Shown one piece after another: positions 22,617 through 33,595 of a DNA stretch of 64,000 bases. Below the pieces are notes generated by a model. The model did not search any database and was not told the DNA's origin. It saw only the letters and a program-made list of their open reading frames with translations. A program made the translations under genes and the position numbers. Numbering within the stretch: the stretch's first letter is position 1; each line of letters begins with the position of its first letter. Source of the DNA: an uncultured Prochlorococcus sp. (lineage in GTDB: Bacteria; Cyanobacteriota; Cyanobacteriia; PCC-6307; Cyanobiaceae); the NCBI GenBank assembly GCA_902624105.1, contig CACNWH010000003.1, positions 587-64,586 on the forward strand, read 5' to 3'.

Positions 22617-22863
22617 GTTAATAATAATGGGAATTTGTTAGTTCAATCTTATTTTACATAAGAAGTTGTTGGTATATTTAAGAGATTAATTGCTTAAGGT
22701 TAATAATAAGTTGCGATAATTAATCCTAAATACTGTTCTATTAGCTATGAAAATCTCCTAAATTAAAACTGGAGAATTATTTTTTTAATAACCCTAATAA
22801 AAGCAATATTATGTTTTCTCTCAGTTAAATCATTAATATATTTCTTCAATTTAAAATAAAATA

Positions 22864-23658
22864 TTATGTTTTAAAAAATTCCTTATAAATTTTTTTTAGA
22901 TCAATTACAGAACTCACTATAAAATCTGCTCCTGCATTTTTAAGCTTAGTTCCATATTTAAATTGTTTTTGAATGTTATCTGCAGTTTTTAAATGCGGAG
23001 GTATTACACCTATGCTAATAAATTTTTGAGAAGGGTATAACTCTTTAGCATTAATGATTGTTTGAATATCAGCGATAGTATCACCAACATATGCGATTGG
23101 CGGACAATTACGACCAAAATCCTGTTCTAATAGCTCATTCGCTAACTTAAGAAAACCCTCAGGGTTTGGTTTGTCTGGTGCATCATTCATTGCTATTAAG
23201 GGTGGATTTTGAATTCTCAGTTTATTTTCTAATATAAATTTGGCGGAGGGCAGCTCAGCTCCACTTACGAAGCCCCATTTAATTTTATTTAAGGTAAGAA
23301 AGTCAAAAAAATTCTTATCTACTAAAAGTTTTTCGTTATTTATAAACCCAGACCATTTCAAATAATTTTCATGCGGATTACAACCAAAGTAGAGTTTTTC
23401 AAAATTCTTTATGACATTATCTCTTGAAGGTGGCTTCAAAGATAGTTTATTTTTTTTAATAAATCTTTTAATAAGTTCAAGCGTTAAATCCCAATCATTA
23501 TTCCATTTCCCTTCATTCTTTAGTTCATCAATATCATAAGTGCTTGGTTCCCAATTACAGTATTTAAGCACAGTTTTTTGAACCGAGAGTCTATAGCTAT
23601 TTGTAACATCTCTTATGACGCCATCTATATCAAAAAGTATTACCCCTATAGCTTGCAA
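22864..23658 (-). CDS. HAD-superfamily hydrolase (TIGR01548-like)
   Basis: FDIDGVIRDV, WNNDWD, KPNP, YVGDTIAD. Confidence 0.92.
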   Translation of the reverse strand: MQAIGVILFDIDGVIRDVTNSYRLSVQKTVLKYCNWEPSTYDIDELKNEGKWNNDWDLTLELIKRFIKKNKLSLKPPSRDNVIKNFEKLYFGCNPHENYLKWSGFINNEKLLVDKNFFDFLTLNKIKWGFVSGAELPSAKFILENKLRIQNPPLIAMNDAPDKPNPEGFLKLANELLEQDFGRNCPPIAYVGDTIADIQTIINAKELYPSQKFISIGVIPPHLKTADNIQKQFKYGTKLKNAGADFIVSSVIDLKKIYKEFFKT

Positions 23659-23926
23659 TGTTTTAGATACATGCTTCGTTAATCATTATATGAGGAAATC
23701 AAGTAGAGAAGAAGTAATATATTATTCTTTATTTATTAAATCTTGAGTTTTTAATAAAATATTTTAAAAATAATGTGTTTTAAATATAGAAAAAAAACGT
23801 TCTAAAAATACAATTATAAATACTTAAAAAAATTTATAAAAATTAGTATAATATTACAAATTTTTGTTATTTATACTGTTTTTTTAATATGTTTTTGATA
23901 CAGTTAAAAATATATGTATAAAATTT

Positions 23927-24550
23927 TTGAAAAATAAATTTATTAGAAAGAAACTTTTATCAGAAAAAAAGTCCAATAAAAAACTAATTGGTTATGCAAG
24001 GGCGATAGATAATGAAATTGATTATTTAAATAAACAAATTTATGATTTGAATAATACTGGATGTAATTCAATTTTTTCTGAGATTATTAGTGTATCTGCA
24101 GAGAAAAAACCAGAACTTCAAAATGCATTTGATGCTTTATCTCAAGGGGATATTTTGATAATAGATAAGCTAGATAGACTTTTTTACTCTAAGAATGATT
24201 GTATACGAGGTTTAAATATACTATTGCAAAAAGGAATAGATTTAAAAATTTTATCAAGTAATTTCTCATCATCCGAAAGAGATGAACCTCTTAATTTAAT
24301 TTTAAAGGTTTTACTAGAATTAGAAAATTTAGAAAAAGACATTTCAGACGAAAAAAAGAGAGAGATGTTTAAAAATAGAAAAGTTATTGGTTTAAATTTA
24401 GGAGGGAGGCCTAAAATTAGTAAAATAAAAGAATCACTCGTATTACGTTTACGAAGTGAAGGTTATTCATATCGAACTATTAGATCTCAAACAGGAGTTG
24501 CACTGTCAACAATAAGAAGAATTATTCTCGATTCAGAAGGTAATAATTAA
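23927..24550 (+). CDS. Resolvase-family serine recombinase homolog lacking the catalytic Ser
   Basis: IGYAR(AID), GD...KLDRL, GGRPK plus C-terminal HTH. Confidence 0.88.
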   Translation: MKNKFIRKKLLSEKKSNKKLIGYARAIDNEIDYLNKQIYDLNNTGCNSIFSEIISVSAEKKPELQNAFDALSQGDILIIDKLDRLFYSKNDCIRGLNILLQKGIDLKILSSNFSSSERDEPLNLILKVLLELENLEKDISDEKKREMFKNRKVIGLNLGGRPKISKIKESLVLRLRSEGYSYRTIRSQTGVALSTIRRIILDSEGNN

Positions 24551-24754
24551 ATGAGAGATAAAAAACTTGAAAAATTAATAAAAGAGATCTTTAAAGATGT
24601 AGCTCTTCGATTATGTGAATTAAATTATGAAGATAGAAATAGTTTATTAGATGAATATCGAGAATGGATACATGAGGATTTAGAGCAGGAAAAGATATTA
24701 ATGCTTCCTTATGAAGCTTATACAATTAGAGTAAAAAAGTTTAAGGAAGATTAA
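24551..24754 (+). CDS. Small hypothetical protein
   Basis: 67-aa ORF directly abutting the resolvase stop. Confidence 0.7.
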   Translation: MRDKKLEKLIKEIFKDVALRLCELNYEDRNSLLDEYREWIHEDLEQEKILMLPYEAYTIRVKKFKED

Positions 24755-24761
24755 TAAGCTT

Positions 24762-25646
24762 TTATGAATGAATAAATTTATAAATTGCTTTTGAAAATTT
24801 CGGTAAGAAATAATTATCATAAGCAAATTCTTTTCCCTCTGTAAAAACTACAAGTAACGTTTTACTTTGATTTTTATTGATCCACCAAGCGGCATCATGT
24901 CTAGCCTCTGACATCAAACCTGCTTTACTCCAAAAAGGAATCTTTTTAGGTAACCCCGCCCCTAAAAAACCATTTATTTGATTATTTGTATCATCGTATG
25001 GTGATTGTTCTTTAATTTCTCTGAATAAACAATTCTTTAAATTTATATTTTTTTCATTAAAGCTAATATTCTGCATAATTTCTTCCATAATTCTTGCAGT
25101 TCCATCAGTTGTCATGGCATTTCTGTTTTTGTTAGAAGTTCCATAGAAATCTTTTTCTCTGCCATATGGACGATCTTCCCAAGTCTTTTGACAACAATTA
25201 AAATCTTGTAATTCTTCCCAATTTAGAGTCTTTAACCAATCATTAATGATTGTTCTTTGATATTTCCATCTATTAAATATTTCTTTTTCTAATGACGGAC
25301 CACTGGTTGTTCCAGTAAGGAGATCTACAATAAAACTTGTGGCATCATTACTAGAATATTGAAGCATTTCTTGAATAGCTTCATCCACTTGTGTGTCGCG
25401 TATAATTGTCTTATTTTCTATCCAATCGTAAATTGCTAGTGCGTATACTAATTTAACAATACTTGCAGGGTAAATCTTTTTACGATTATTGATTCCATAT
25501 CCATAACCTTTTTTAGAATTTTCCTCATAATTGATCCAGGTGATAGCAATATTATTTAGTTTATTACTATATTTTTCATCGAATATTTTAGTTAAAATGT
25601 CTTGTAGAATTGATCCTATTTTTTCGTTTATATTATAGAAGGACAT
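24762..25646 (-). CDS. Serine hydrolase, class A beta-lactamase/PBP-like
   Basis: SxxK (ASIVK), SxN (SSND), KAG motifs. Confidence 0.9.
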   Translation of the reverse strand: MSFYNINEKIGSILQDILTKIFDEKYSNKLNNIAITWINYEENSKKGYGYGINNRKKIYPASIVKLVYALAIYDWIENKTIIRDTQVDEAIQEMLQYSSNDATSFIVDLLTGTTSGPSLEKEIFNRWKYQRTIINDWLKTLNWEELQDFNCCQKTWEDRPYGREKDFYGTSNKNRNAMTTDGTARIMEEIMQNISFNEKNINLKNCLFREIKEQSPYDDTNNQINGFLGAGLPKKIPFWSKAGLMSEARHDAAWWINKNQSKTLLVVFTEGKEFAYDNYFLPKFSKAIYKFIHS

Positions 25647-25661
25647 TGAAAAAAGATAGAT

Positions 25662-26417
25662 ATGAATACTTTACTATTATTTAATCAAACAAATTTTTCG
25701 ACATCCAATTGGTGGAGATTAAAAAGTAATACAGTAGGGTATAAAAATGAACTAGGTTATCAAATAGTAACTGAAATAGCTAAAAATAGATGCTTCAGGA
25801 TTGTAGAGAAAGATTTAAAAAGAAAAAATAATAAATTTAAATCAAGATATTTAGTTCAATTATTGGAAGATGGTTATTTATGTTGGATTAATATTCAAGG
25901 ATTAGAAATTGAGATCTATCCTAACTATTTTCAAAAGAAATTCATCCGTGATGAATTATTTATTCAAAATAAAATGCCTTTTATTTTAGATTGGATAGAT
26001 TTACAATCACAAGAATTAAATAATTATAAGTGGGGAGGATCTTTAGGACCTGACTTCGATTGTTCTGGCCTCATTCAAGCAGCATTTATGCGACAACAAA
26101 TATATATACCTAGAGATTCTTATCAAATTATGCATTTTTGTAGGCATCTTTTTAATTTCCCAGAGAAAAATTACCAACTTAAAATGGGTGATCTTTTATT
26201 TTTTGGAGATAATAATATATGTAATCATGTCGCCATATACTATCGTAGTGGTATTTATTACCATTCTTCAGGAATTGAATTTGGAAGGAATGGCATATCT
26301 AAAGAAAATTTATATGAATCACAACATGATGATAATACTTCTAGATACTATAGATCTAAATTAATATGTGCAGGTAGAGTTACTAGATCATATCAATGGA
26401 ATAAGGCTTTAAGGTAA
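25662..26417 (+). CDS. NlpC/P60 (C40) cell-wall peptidase
   Basis: YKWGG, FDCSG, GDLLFF, HVAIY. Confidence 0.92.
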   Translation: MNTLLLFNQTNFSTSNWWRLKSNTVGYKNELGYQIVTEIAKNRCFRIVEKDLKRKNNKFKSRYLVQLLEDGYLCWINIQGLEIEIYPNYFQKKFIRDELFIQNKMPFILDWIDLQSQELNNYKWGGSLGPDFDCSGLIQAAFMRQQIYIPRDSYQIMHFCRHLFNFPEKNYQLKMGDLLFFGDNNICNHVAIYYRSGIYYHSSGIEFGRNGISKENLYESQHDDNTSRYYRSKLICAGRVTRSYQWNKALR

Positions 26418-26430
26418 TTAGATTAATAAT

Positions 26431-27015
26431 TTAACCCGCGTTACCTAGACTTTTTATCATTGGCATTATTGTATCTAGGTGCAATGTCCCGCAGATAAGC
26501 CATGCAAATACAGCGCCTCCACATCCTCCTAACCAAAAACCACTTGTAAAATCATTCCAGCCTTCCCTGGTGAACAGATCTTTTGGTGGATTATCTACAG
26601 TGCAGTCTTGAGGTTGAACATTGGGCGATTTCCCTGGAGAATTATATAGAAGTAATAATGCAGTTAATATATGAACTGCTCCAATAGCACCCAATAATCC
26701 AACAGTTAAAGCAAAATCTGAATTTCTTAGTGGACCTGTCATTGTGAATGGCCCATATAATAGATAGCCAAAAGCTGCTCCAGTCTCTAAACCTCTAAAA
26801 TTGTTTGAAATTCCTGTTCTATAAAAAGGTAAATTATTTATAAAAGCTTTAGTTACATAACCGCTGTTTACAGGAGTCGCTAAATTTCCAACACAAGGAT
26901 CCGTAACAGTTTTAATTTCCCAATTTTTTGCTGCTCCATAATCTGAATCATCAAAGGATTGATCATCAGTCTTAGTTTGATCTGTTGAATTAGAATTGTT
27001 TTGTTGTGAATCCAT
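26431..27015 (-). CDS. psaL: Photosystem I subunit XI
   Basis: [21 protein letters not shown]. Confidence 0.97.
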   Translation of the reverse strand: MDSQQNNSNSTDQTKTDDQSFDDSDYGAAKNWEIKTVTDPCVGNLATPVNSGYVTKAFINNLPFYRTGISNNFRGLETGAAFGYLLYGPFTMTGPLRNSDFALTVGLLGAIGAVHILTALLLLYNSPGKSPNVQPQDCTVDNPPKDLFTREGWNDFTSGFWLGGCGGAVFAWLICGTLHLDTIMPMIKSLGNAG

Positions 27016-27038
27016 TTTATTAATTTAGAGTTTAATTT

Positions 27039-27155
27039 TTATTCAGTTGCTGTGATATATCTTCCAATTAAAACTATAAAAACAGCGGGAACAAGAATTC
27101 CTATTAATGGAACAAAAAGGGATGGTAACCAACTTGCAACCATATCAGAAGACAT
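27039..27155 (-). CDS. psaI: Photosystem I subunit VIII
   Basis: Manual translation MSSDMVASWLPSLFVPLIGILVPAVFIVLIGRYITATE; adjacent to psaL. Confidence 0.96.
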   Translation of the reverse strand: MSSDMVASWLPSLFVPLIGILVPAVFIVLIGRYITATE

Positions 27156-27245
27156 AATTTAAGATATATTTTTATTACTCTAGTTGAAATAACTTCATAT
27201 GTGGTAATTATATTACTAGATGATATAAAAATTTATTAACTTTTC

Positions 27246-27641
27246 ATGCTTAAATTAATTTCTTTAATTCTTATCATTTGCATTACTGTTTTTTTAATTT
27301 TTTATAAAAAAGAATATATATTTAAGAAATTAAAAACTAAAAAAAAATTACAGCGTCAAACTTTTTATGATGATAGGCAATACGAATTAAAAGAATTTAA
27401 ATTTAATTTAAATAATTCAGATTTAAATAATATAAATAATTTTTCAAGTTTTAAGAAATCCATCTTAAGAAAGGAAATGTTAAATCTCTTTAAAGGTTCA
27501 AAAGAAGAGAAAATTAAGGCTTTAAAAATAGCTGAATTTTTATCTGATAAATCTATTTTACCTATACTAAAGATAGGTTTAAAAGATATGGATTCAGATA
27601 TCGTAAAAGTATCTGCTAAATTAATTCATAAATTTAAATAG
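27246..27641 (+). CDS. Membrane-anchored protein with C-terminal HEAT-like repeat
   Basis: N-terminal TM; ILPILKIGLKDMDSDIV. Confidence 0.75.
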   Translation: MLKLISLILIICITVFLIFYKKEYIFKKLKTKKKLQRQTFYDDRQYELKEFKFNLNNSDLNNINNFSSFKKSILRKEMLNLFKGSKEEKIKALKIAEFLSDKSILPILKIGLKDMDSDIVKVSAKLIHKFK

Positions 27642-27648
27642 TTAAACT

Positions 27649-28611
27649 TCAATTTTTAGTTTCACCAAATGTTGATCTTATTCTATAAATTGGCCTGTTT
27701 TGGCTTTCATGATAAGTTCTTATAAGTAATTCACCCAATAGTCCAAAACTGAATAATTGAACTCCAGCGATACCTAATATTAGTGCAAACATAAGAAGAG
27801 GTCTGTTTCCAATATCTTCTCCTAATAATTTTATTAATATTAAATAAGAACTAATAATTAGGCTACTAATAATACTGACTATCCCAATAAATCCAAAAAC
27901 ATACATTGGCCTAGTGAGAAATTTATTCATAAACCAGACTGTTAGTAAATCCATTAAGACTCTAAATGTTCTGTCTATTCCATATTTGCTGGCGCCATAT
28001 ATTCTGCTTCTATGATTTACTTTAATTTCTTTTATTTTTGCCCCTTCTATGTTGGCTAAAATAGGGAGAAACCTATGTAATTCTCCGTATAATTTAATAT
28101 CTTTAATTATCTCTTTTTTAAAAGCTTTTAGTGAACACCCATAATCATGCAAATTGATTCCAGTAACAAACCCTATTAATTTGTTTGCTATCTTTGAAGG
28201 AATACGACGACTTATTAATTTATCTTTCCTTTCAAATCTCCATCCGCAAACTAAGTCATAACCTTCTTTAATAGTTTGAATTAATTTTGGAATATCATTA
28301 GGATCATTTTGCAAATCTCCATCTAGTGAAATTATAATTTCACCGTTAGTATAGTCAAAGCCAGCAGCCATAGCTGCTGTTTGCCCATAATTTTTTCTTA
28401 AATTAAGTACTTTTAATTCTTTAATATTTGATGATAGTTTATTTAATATTTGCAATGTTGAATCATTAGAACCATCATTAACTAAAATTAATTCGAAATA
28501 GATATTATTTGAATTCATTACATTAAGAATCTCATTAGTAAGTAATTCAACGCTTTCACTTTCGTTATAAATTGGAATTACTATAGAAACTAAATTATTT
28601 AATTCATTCAT
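27649..28611 (-). CDS. Glycosyltransferase family 2 (ArnC/DPM-like)
   Basis: VIPIYNE, DGDLQNDP, two C-terminal TMs. Confidence 0.95.
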   Translation of the reverse strand: MNELNNLVSIVIPIYNESESVELLTNEILNVMNSNNIYFELILVNDGSNDSTLQILNKLSSNIKELKVLNLRKNYGQTAAMAAGFDYTNGEIIISLDGDLQNDPNDIPKLIQTIKEGYDLVCGWRFERKDKLISRRIPSKIANKLIGFVTGINLHDYGCSLKAFKKEIIKDIKLYGELHRFLPILANIEGAKIKEIKVNHRSRIYGASKYGIDRTFRVLMDLLTVWFMNKFLTRPMYVFGFIGIVSIISSLIISSYLILIKLLGEDIGNRPLLMFALILGIAGVQLFSFGLLGELLIRTYHESQNRPIYRIRSTFGETKN

Positions 28612-28664
28612 AGAGGGTACAATTTTAATTTTAATTTTAACTGATATCTTTCAACGAAAAATGC

Positions 28665-28696
28665 AAAAAAAAAAGAGTCACATTTGTGACTCTTTT
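28665..28696 (-). terminator. Intrinsic terminator after psaB
   Basis: AAAAGAGTCAC/GTGACTCTTTT stem plus U10 tract on the minus strand. Confidence 0.85.
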
Positions 28697-28708
28697 GATA
28701 AGTAATTA

Positions 28709-30940
28709 TTAACCAAATTTACCAGAAGTTGAAGCTATTACGAAAGCTCCAAAAGTTAGGATATTTCCGATTGTAAAATGAGCTAATCCTACTAGCCTTG
28801 CTTGAACAATTGATAGAGCAACAGGCTTGTCTCTCCATCCGACTAAGTTAGCAATTGGCGTTCTTTGATGAGCCCAAACTAGAGTTTCAATTAGTTCTTG
28901 CCAATATCCTCTCCAAGAAATAAGGAACATGAATCCTGTCGCCCATACTAAATGTCCGAATAAAAACATCCATGCCCAGACTGATAAAGCATTTACACCA
29001 AATGGGTTATAACCATTTATTAGTTGGGCTGAATTTAACCATAAATAGTCTCTAAACCAACCCATTAAATATGTTCCTGACTCGTTGAATTGTGCCACGT
29101 TACCCTGCCATATCGCTAAATGCTTCCAATGCCAATAGAAAGTAACCCAAGCAATAAGATTAAGAGCCCAAAACATTGCTAAATACATAGCGTCCCATGA
29201 TGAGCTATCACAAGTTCCACCTCTACCTGGTCCATCGCAAGGAAAAGCATATCCAAGATCTTTTTTGTCAGGTATTAATTTTGTACCTCTTGCATCAAGA
29301 GCACCTTTAATTAAAATTAGTGCGGTTGTATGTAATCCAAGAGCAATTGCATGATGAACTAAAAAGTCGGCTGGACCAATTGGTAGGAAAGCACTAAGTG
29401 CATCTTGCCTATTAATTAAATCCATCCAGTAATGATTACCTGGTAATGAGTTTGCTGCTACGCTTGCAGCACTTGTTGGATCAGATAGTAAAGCATTGAA
29501 TCCATACATCATTTTTCCTTGGGCAGCTTGCACAAATTGGGCGAAAACTGGCTCGATTAATATCTGCTTTTCAGGATTGCCAAAAGCAACTACAACGTCA
29601 TTATGCACATATATTCCTAATGTATGGAATCCAAGAAGCATAGTTACCCAGCTTAGATGACTTATTAAAGCTTCTTTTGTGCCTAATACTCTAGCTAAAA
29701 CATTATCTTTGTTTAATTCAGGATCATAATCTCTTACGAAAAATATTGCACCATGAGCAAAAGCTCCAACCATCAAAAACATCGCAATATATTGATGATG
29801 CGTGTATAAAGCTGATTGAGTTGTATAGTCTCTTGCAATAAATGCATAAGAAGGCAAAGCACCCATGTGTTGCGCAACTAATGAAGTAGCTACTCCAAGC
29901 GCTGCAAGAGCTAAGCCCAATTGAAAATGAAGAGAATTGTTTAAAGTTTCATAAATTCCATCATGATTAATACCAAAACTTCCTTTGTGAGGATCCATTG
30001 GATGTCTTGTATTATGTGCTTCTGTAATTTCTTTTAAACTGTGACCTATCCCGAACGTTGTCCGGTACATGTGCCCAGCAATTATAAAAACAGTACCTAT
30101 TGCGATGTGATGATGAGCAATATCAGTAAGCCACAACGCTTCACTTTGTGGATGAAGACCTCCTAAAAATGTAAATATTGCTGTACCTGCTCCTTGACTA
30201 GTTCCAAAAACTGCATCTAATGTATCAGGGTTTTGTGCATAAGCTCCCCAATTTAAAGTAAAGAATGGAGCGAGACCTGCAGGGTGAGGCAAAACTGTTA
30301 ACCAATTATCCCAACCAACATGTTGTCCTCTAGATTCAGGAATTGCTACATGAACGAGATGACCTGTCCAAGCAATACTACTAAAGCCGAAAAGGACTGA
30401 AAGATGATGATTTAATCTTGTCTCAGCGTTTTTAAACCAGGCTAAAGAAGGTCTAAATTTTGGTTGGAGATGTAACCAACCTGCAAATAAAGTCCAACAT
30501 GCAAGAATACTCATGAAGATTGAGGCTTGGAATAATTGCTCATTAGTTCTCATTCCAATTGTGTACCACCAATGATAAAGTCCAGAATATGCAATGTTCA
30601 CAGGTCCTTGAGCACCTGCTTGAGACATAGCCTCAGTGATACCTTTCCCAAAATGTGGATCCCAAATAGCATGTGCTATGGGACGAACGTGTAGTGGATC
30701 TAGTACCCACTGTTCAAAATTACCTTGCCAGGCAATATGGAATAAATTACCAGCTACCCATAAGGCGATAATTGCCAAATGACCGAAATGAGTAGAAAAA
30801 AGCTTTTGATAAAGTTTTTCTTCCGTCATTCCATCATGACTTTCAAAGTCATGAGCTGTAGCTATTCCGTACCAGATTCTTCTGGTAGTTGGGTCCTGAG
30901 CCAGACCCTGGTTAAATGATGGAAATTTTTTAGTTACCAT
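28709..30940 (-). CDS. psaB: Photosystem I P700 apoprotein A2
   Basis: [21 protein letters not shown]. Confidence 0.99.
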   Translation of the reverse strand: MVTKKFPSFNQGLAQDPTTRRIWYGIATAHDFESHDGMTEEKLYQKLFSTHFGHLAIIALWVAGNLFHIAWQGNFEQWVLDPLHVRPIAHAIWDPHFGKGITEAMSQAGAQGPVNIAYSGLYHWWYTIGMRTNEQLFQASIFMSILACWTLFAGWLHLQPKFRPSLAWFKNAETRLNHHLSVLFGFSSIAWTGHLVHVAIPESRGQHVGWDNWLTVLPHPAGLAPFFTLNWGAYAQNPDTLDAVFGTSQGAGTAIFTFLGGLHPQSEALWLTDIAHHHIAIGTVFIIAGHMYRTTFGIGHSLKEITEAHNTRHPMDPHKGSFGINHDGIYETLNNSLHFQLGLALAALGVATSLVAQHMGALPSYAFIARDYTTQSALYTHHQYIAMFLMVGAFAHGAIFFVRDYDPELNKDNVLARVLGTKEALISHLSWVTMLLGFHTLGIYVHNDVVVAFGNPEKQILIEPVFAQFVQAAQGKMMYGFNALLSDPTSAASVAANSLPGNHYWMDLINRQDALSAFLPIGPADFLVHHAIALGLHTTALILIKGALDARGTKLIPDKKDLGYAFPCDGPGRGGTCDSSSWDAMYLAMFWALNLIAWVTFYWHWKHLAIWQGNVAQFNESGTYLMGWFRDYLWLNSAQLINGYNPFGVNALSVWAWMFLFGHLVWATGFMFLISWRGYWQELIETLVWAHQRTPIANLVGWRDKPVALSIVQARLVGLAHFTIGNILTFGAFVIASTSGKFG

Positions 30941-30964
30941 TTGATTAATAAGGAAAGTTCAGGT

Positions 30965-33250
30965 TTAGCCCAGACCGAAGAGGCGAGCGTGGAAAAAGGC
31001 CCAAGTTGTGGCAATACCTCCGACGAGGAAGTGTGTTACACCAACAGCTCTTCCTTGTGTGATTGATAGAGCTCTTGGTTGAATAACAGGTGCAACTTTA
31101 AGCTTATTGTGAGCCCATAGGATTGATTCGAAAAGTTCTTGCCAGTATCCTCTACCACTAAACAAGAACATTAGACTAAATGCCCAGATGAAGTGAGCTC
31201 CAAGGAACATTAGGCCGTACATACTTATAGCTTGACCGTAGCTGGTTAAAACCTGAGAAGCTTGTGCCCAAAGAAAATCTCTTAACCAACCATTGACAGT
31301 AATTGAACTTTGTGCAAAATTACCTCCTGTTAAACCCCAAACATCACTTTGCATTTTCCAAGAGAAGTGGAATATGACTATAGAAATGCAGTTATACATC
31401 CAAAATAGTCCTAGAAATACATGATCCCATGCAGATACCTGACATGTACCACCTCTACCTGGACCATCGCAAGGAAATCTAAAACCTAACGAAGCTTTAT
31501 CAGGTATTAACCTAGAGTTTCTTGAGTAGAGTACCCCTTTTAGCAGGATTAGTACGCAAACATGAATTTGGAAGGCATGAATATGATGAATCATAAAATC
31601 TGCTGTCCCCAAAGGTATTCCTGTCATAGCAACCTTACCACCAATAGTTAAAGTCTCTCCGTTGAATACTTGACTTACACCATTTCCAGTTAAAAGAGTA
31701 GTTCCTATGCCTGAAGATTGGATATTTTGTACCCACTGTGCAAATATAGGTTGTAATGAAATAGCTTTATCACTGAACATATCATCGGGTCTACCCAATG
31801 CTCTCATTGTATCGTTGTGTACATATAGACCAAAACTATGAAAACCTAAAAACATACAAGCCCAGTTTAAATGGCTAATAATTGCATCTCGAGCCTTAAG
31901 AACTCTATCAAGTACATTATCAATATTTTTTGCTGGATCATAATCTCTAACCATTGCAATAGCTGCATGTGCGCCAGCACCAACTATGAATAAAGCACCA
32001 ATCCACATATGATGAGTAAAACATCCCAATACAGTCATATAATCAATGGCCATATATGGATATGGAGGCATTGCATACATATGATGAGAAATAATTATTG
32101 ATAATGATCCCAACATTGCAAGGTTTACAGAAAGCTGGGCATGTCTACTTTCAGCCATAAATTCAAATAAACCTTGATGGCCTTTAGGGGCTGGAAATAG
32201 AAGAGGATCTCCTTGTTGGGAATCCATAATCTCTTTCATACTGTGACCAATACCGTAATTTGTTCTATACATATGGCCTGCAATTATGAACATAACTGCA
32301 ATTGCTAAGTGATGATGTGAAATATCTGTCATCCAAAGGCTTCCTGTAACAGGATTTAATCCACCTTTAAAAGTAAGAAAATCCGAATATGCCCACCAAT
32401 TACCTGTGAAAAAGTTCTCAGCAGATCTTGCAGCTAGACCTGGAAAAATTTGACTAACAATAGCTGGATTACATAACTCATGTGGCATTGGCATGTCAGC
32501 TATAGATGCAATCGCAGTTCCATTTATAATTAATGGTTTACCAGCATCTATGGCATCTAATATTGCTGCAGTTGGAGCCCCAATATGTATACAATGTCCT
32601 GCCCATGCAAGTGAACCTAATCCAAGCAAACCAGCAAGATGATGATTCATCATTGATTCAACATCTTGGAACCATTCCATCTTTGGAGCAGCTTTGTGAT
32701 AGTGAAAAATACCTGCATGTAACATTAAAGCTGCCATTACAACAGCTCCAATAGCTAATGCCATTAATTCAGTTTCGTTGGTAATTCCCCATGCTCTCCA
32801 CATTTGAAAGATACCAGAACTTATCTGAATACCGTTGTAATTAGCACCTAAATCTCCATTTAACATTTCCTGTCCAACTATTGCCCAGACTTGTTGAGCA
32901 CCAGGCTTCACGTGAGTTGGATCTGCAAGCCACCCAGTGTAATTAGAAAATCTTGCTCCATGGAAAAATGCTGCGCTCATCCATATGAAAATTACAGCAA
33001 GATGTCCAAAATGAGCTGAAAATATTTTTCTTGTAGCTTCTTCAGCGTCTCCGGAATGGATATCAAAATCATGTGCATCAGCATGCAGATTCCAAATCCA
33101 TGTTGTTGACTTAGGACCTTTAGATAATTTACTGGACCAGAAACCAGGTTTATCTAATTTCCCAAAATCAATTGGTCTTGGATCAGCCTTTACAGGCTCA
33201 GCCAAAATCTTTTTGTTTTTTTCTCCACTTTCTGGTGGGCTGATGGTCAT
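30965..33250 (-). CDS. psaA: Photosystem I P700 apoprotein A1
   Basis: [30 protein letters not shown]. Confidence 0.99.
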   Translation of the reverse strand: MTISPPESGEKNKKILAEPVKADPRPIDFGKLDKPGFWSSKLSKGPKSTTWIWNLHADAHDFDIHSGDAEEATRKIFSAHFGHLAVIFIWMSAAFFHGARFSNYTGWLADPTHVKPGAQQVWAIVGQEMLNGDLGANYNGIQISSGIFQMWRAWGITNETELMALAIGAVVMAALMLHAGIFHYHKAAPKMEWFQDVESMMNHHLAGLLGLGSLAWAGHCIHIGAPTAAILDAIDAGKPLIINGTAIASIADMPMPHELCNPAIVSQIFPGLAARSAENFFTGNWWAYSDFLTFKGGLNPVTGSLWMTDISHHHLAIAVMFIIAGHMYRTNYGIGHSMKEIMDSQQGDPLLFPAPKGHQGLFEFMAESRHAQLSVNLAMLGSLSIIISHHMYAMPPYPYMAIDYMTVLGCFTHHMWIGALFIVGAGAHAAIAMVRDYDPAKNIDNVLDRVLKARDAIISHLNWACMFLGFHSFGLYVHNDTMRALGRPDDMFSDKAISLQPIFAQWVQNIQSSGIGTTLLTGNGVSQVFNGETLTIGGKVAMTGIPLGTADFMIHHIHAFQIHVCVLILLKGVLYSRNSRLIPDKASLGFRFPCDGPGRGGTCQVSAWDHVFLGLFWMYNCISIVIFHFSWKMQSDVWGLTGGNFAQSSITVNGWLRDFLWAQASQVLTSYGQAISMYGLMFLGAHFIWAFSLMFLFSGRGYWQELFESILWAHNKLKVAPVIQPRALSITQGRAVGVTHFLVGGIATTWAFFHARLFGLG

Positions 33251-33288
33251 CTAGAACCTCAAAAGTTAATTAATCTTAATTACAGACT

Positions 33289-33336
33289 GGGTTTATCTGA
33301 AAAGATACTTATTAATAATAAGCTTTCAAGTAACCC
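33289..33336 (-). promoter_or_regulatory. Structured psaA 5' leader hairpin (probably psaA RNA motif)
   Basis: Nested complementary segments GGGTT/AACCC, TGAAA/TTTCA, CTTATT/AATAAG; -10-like TATAGT at 33369-33374 on the minus strand. Confidence 0.55.
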
Positions 33337-33595
33337 TACCGTCGATAGTTAAAATATTCGTTCCCAAAACTATAAGATAAAGATTCTTTGATCATGTGAG
33401 AAAGTAACAAATGTTTCACTGATTGTTACTTAACCTTTACTTGTAAGATGTCAAGCTATGACTGGATTATAAGCATAATTACTTAGTCTCGCACTTTTTA
33501 ATCTTAAATATTTTTTTATATTTTGAGTATATATGTATTAATCCAGTGACATGAGATGAAAATACTTTTAAATTTAGGATAGTCAAAATTTTCAA

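Larger units (their letters stand above)
20160..22860. mobile_element. Small genomic island at tRNA-Ser 3' end (tandem integrase-less cassettes or remnants); right boundary approximate
   Basis: tRNA 3'-end copies at 21083 and 21814, arm-like repeats, non-core ORFs, pseudogene, low coding density. Confidence 0.8.

Noticed and set aside
22009-22765. 12-bp direct repeat TCTCCTAAATTA flanking the orphan ORF
   Set aside because: Short and AT-rich; compatible with chance
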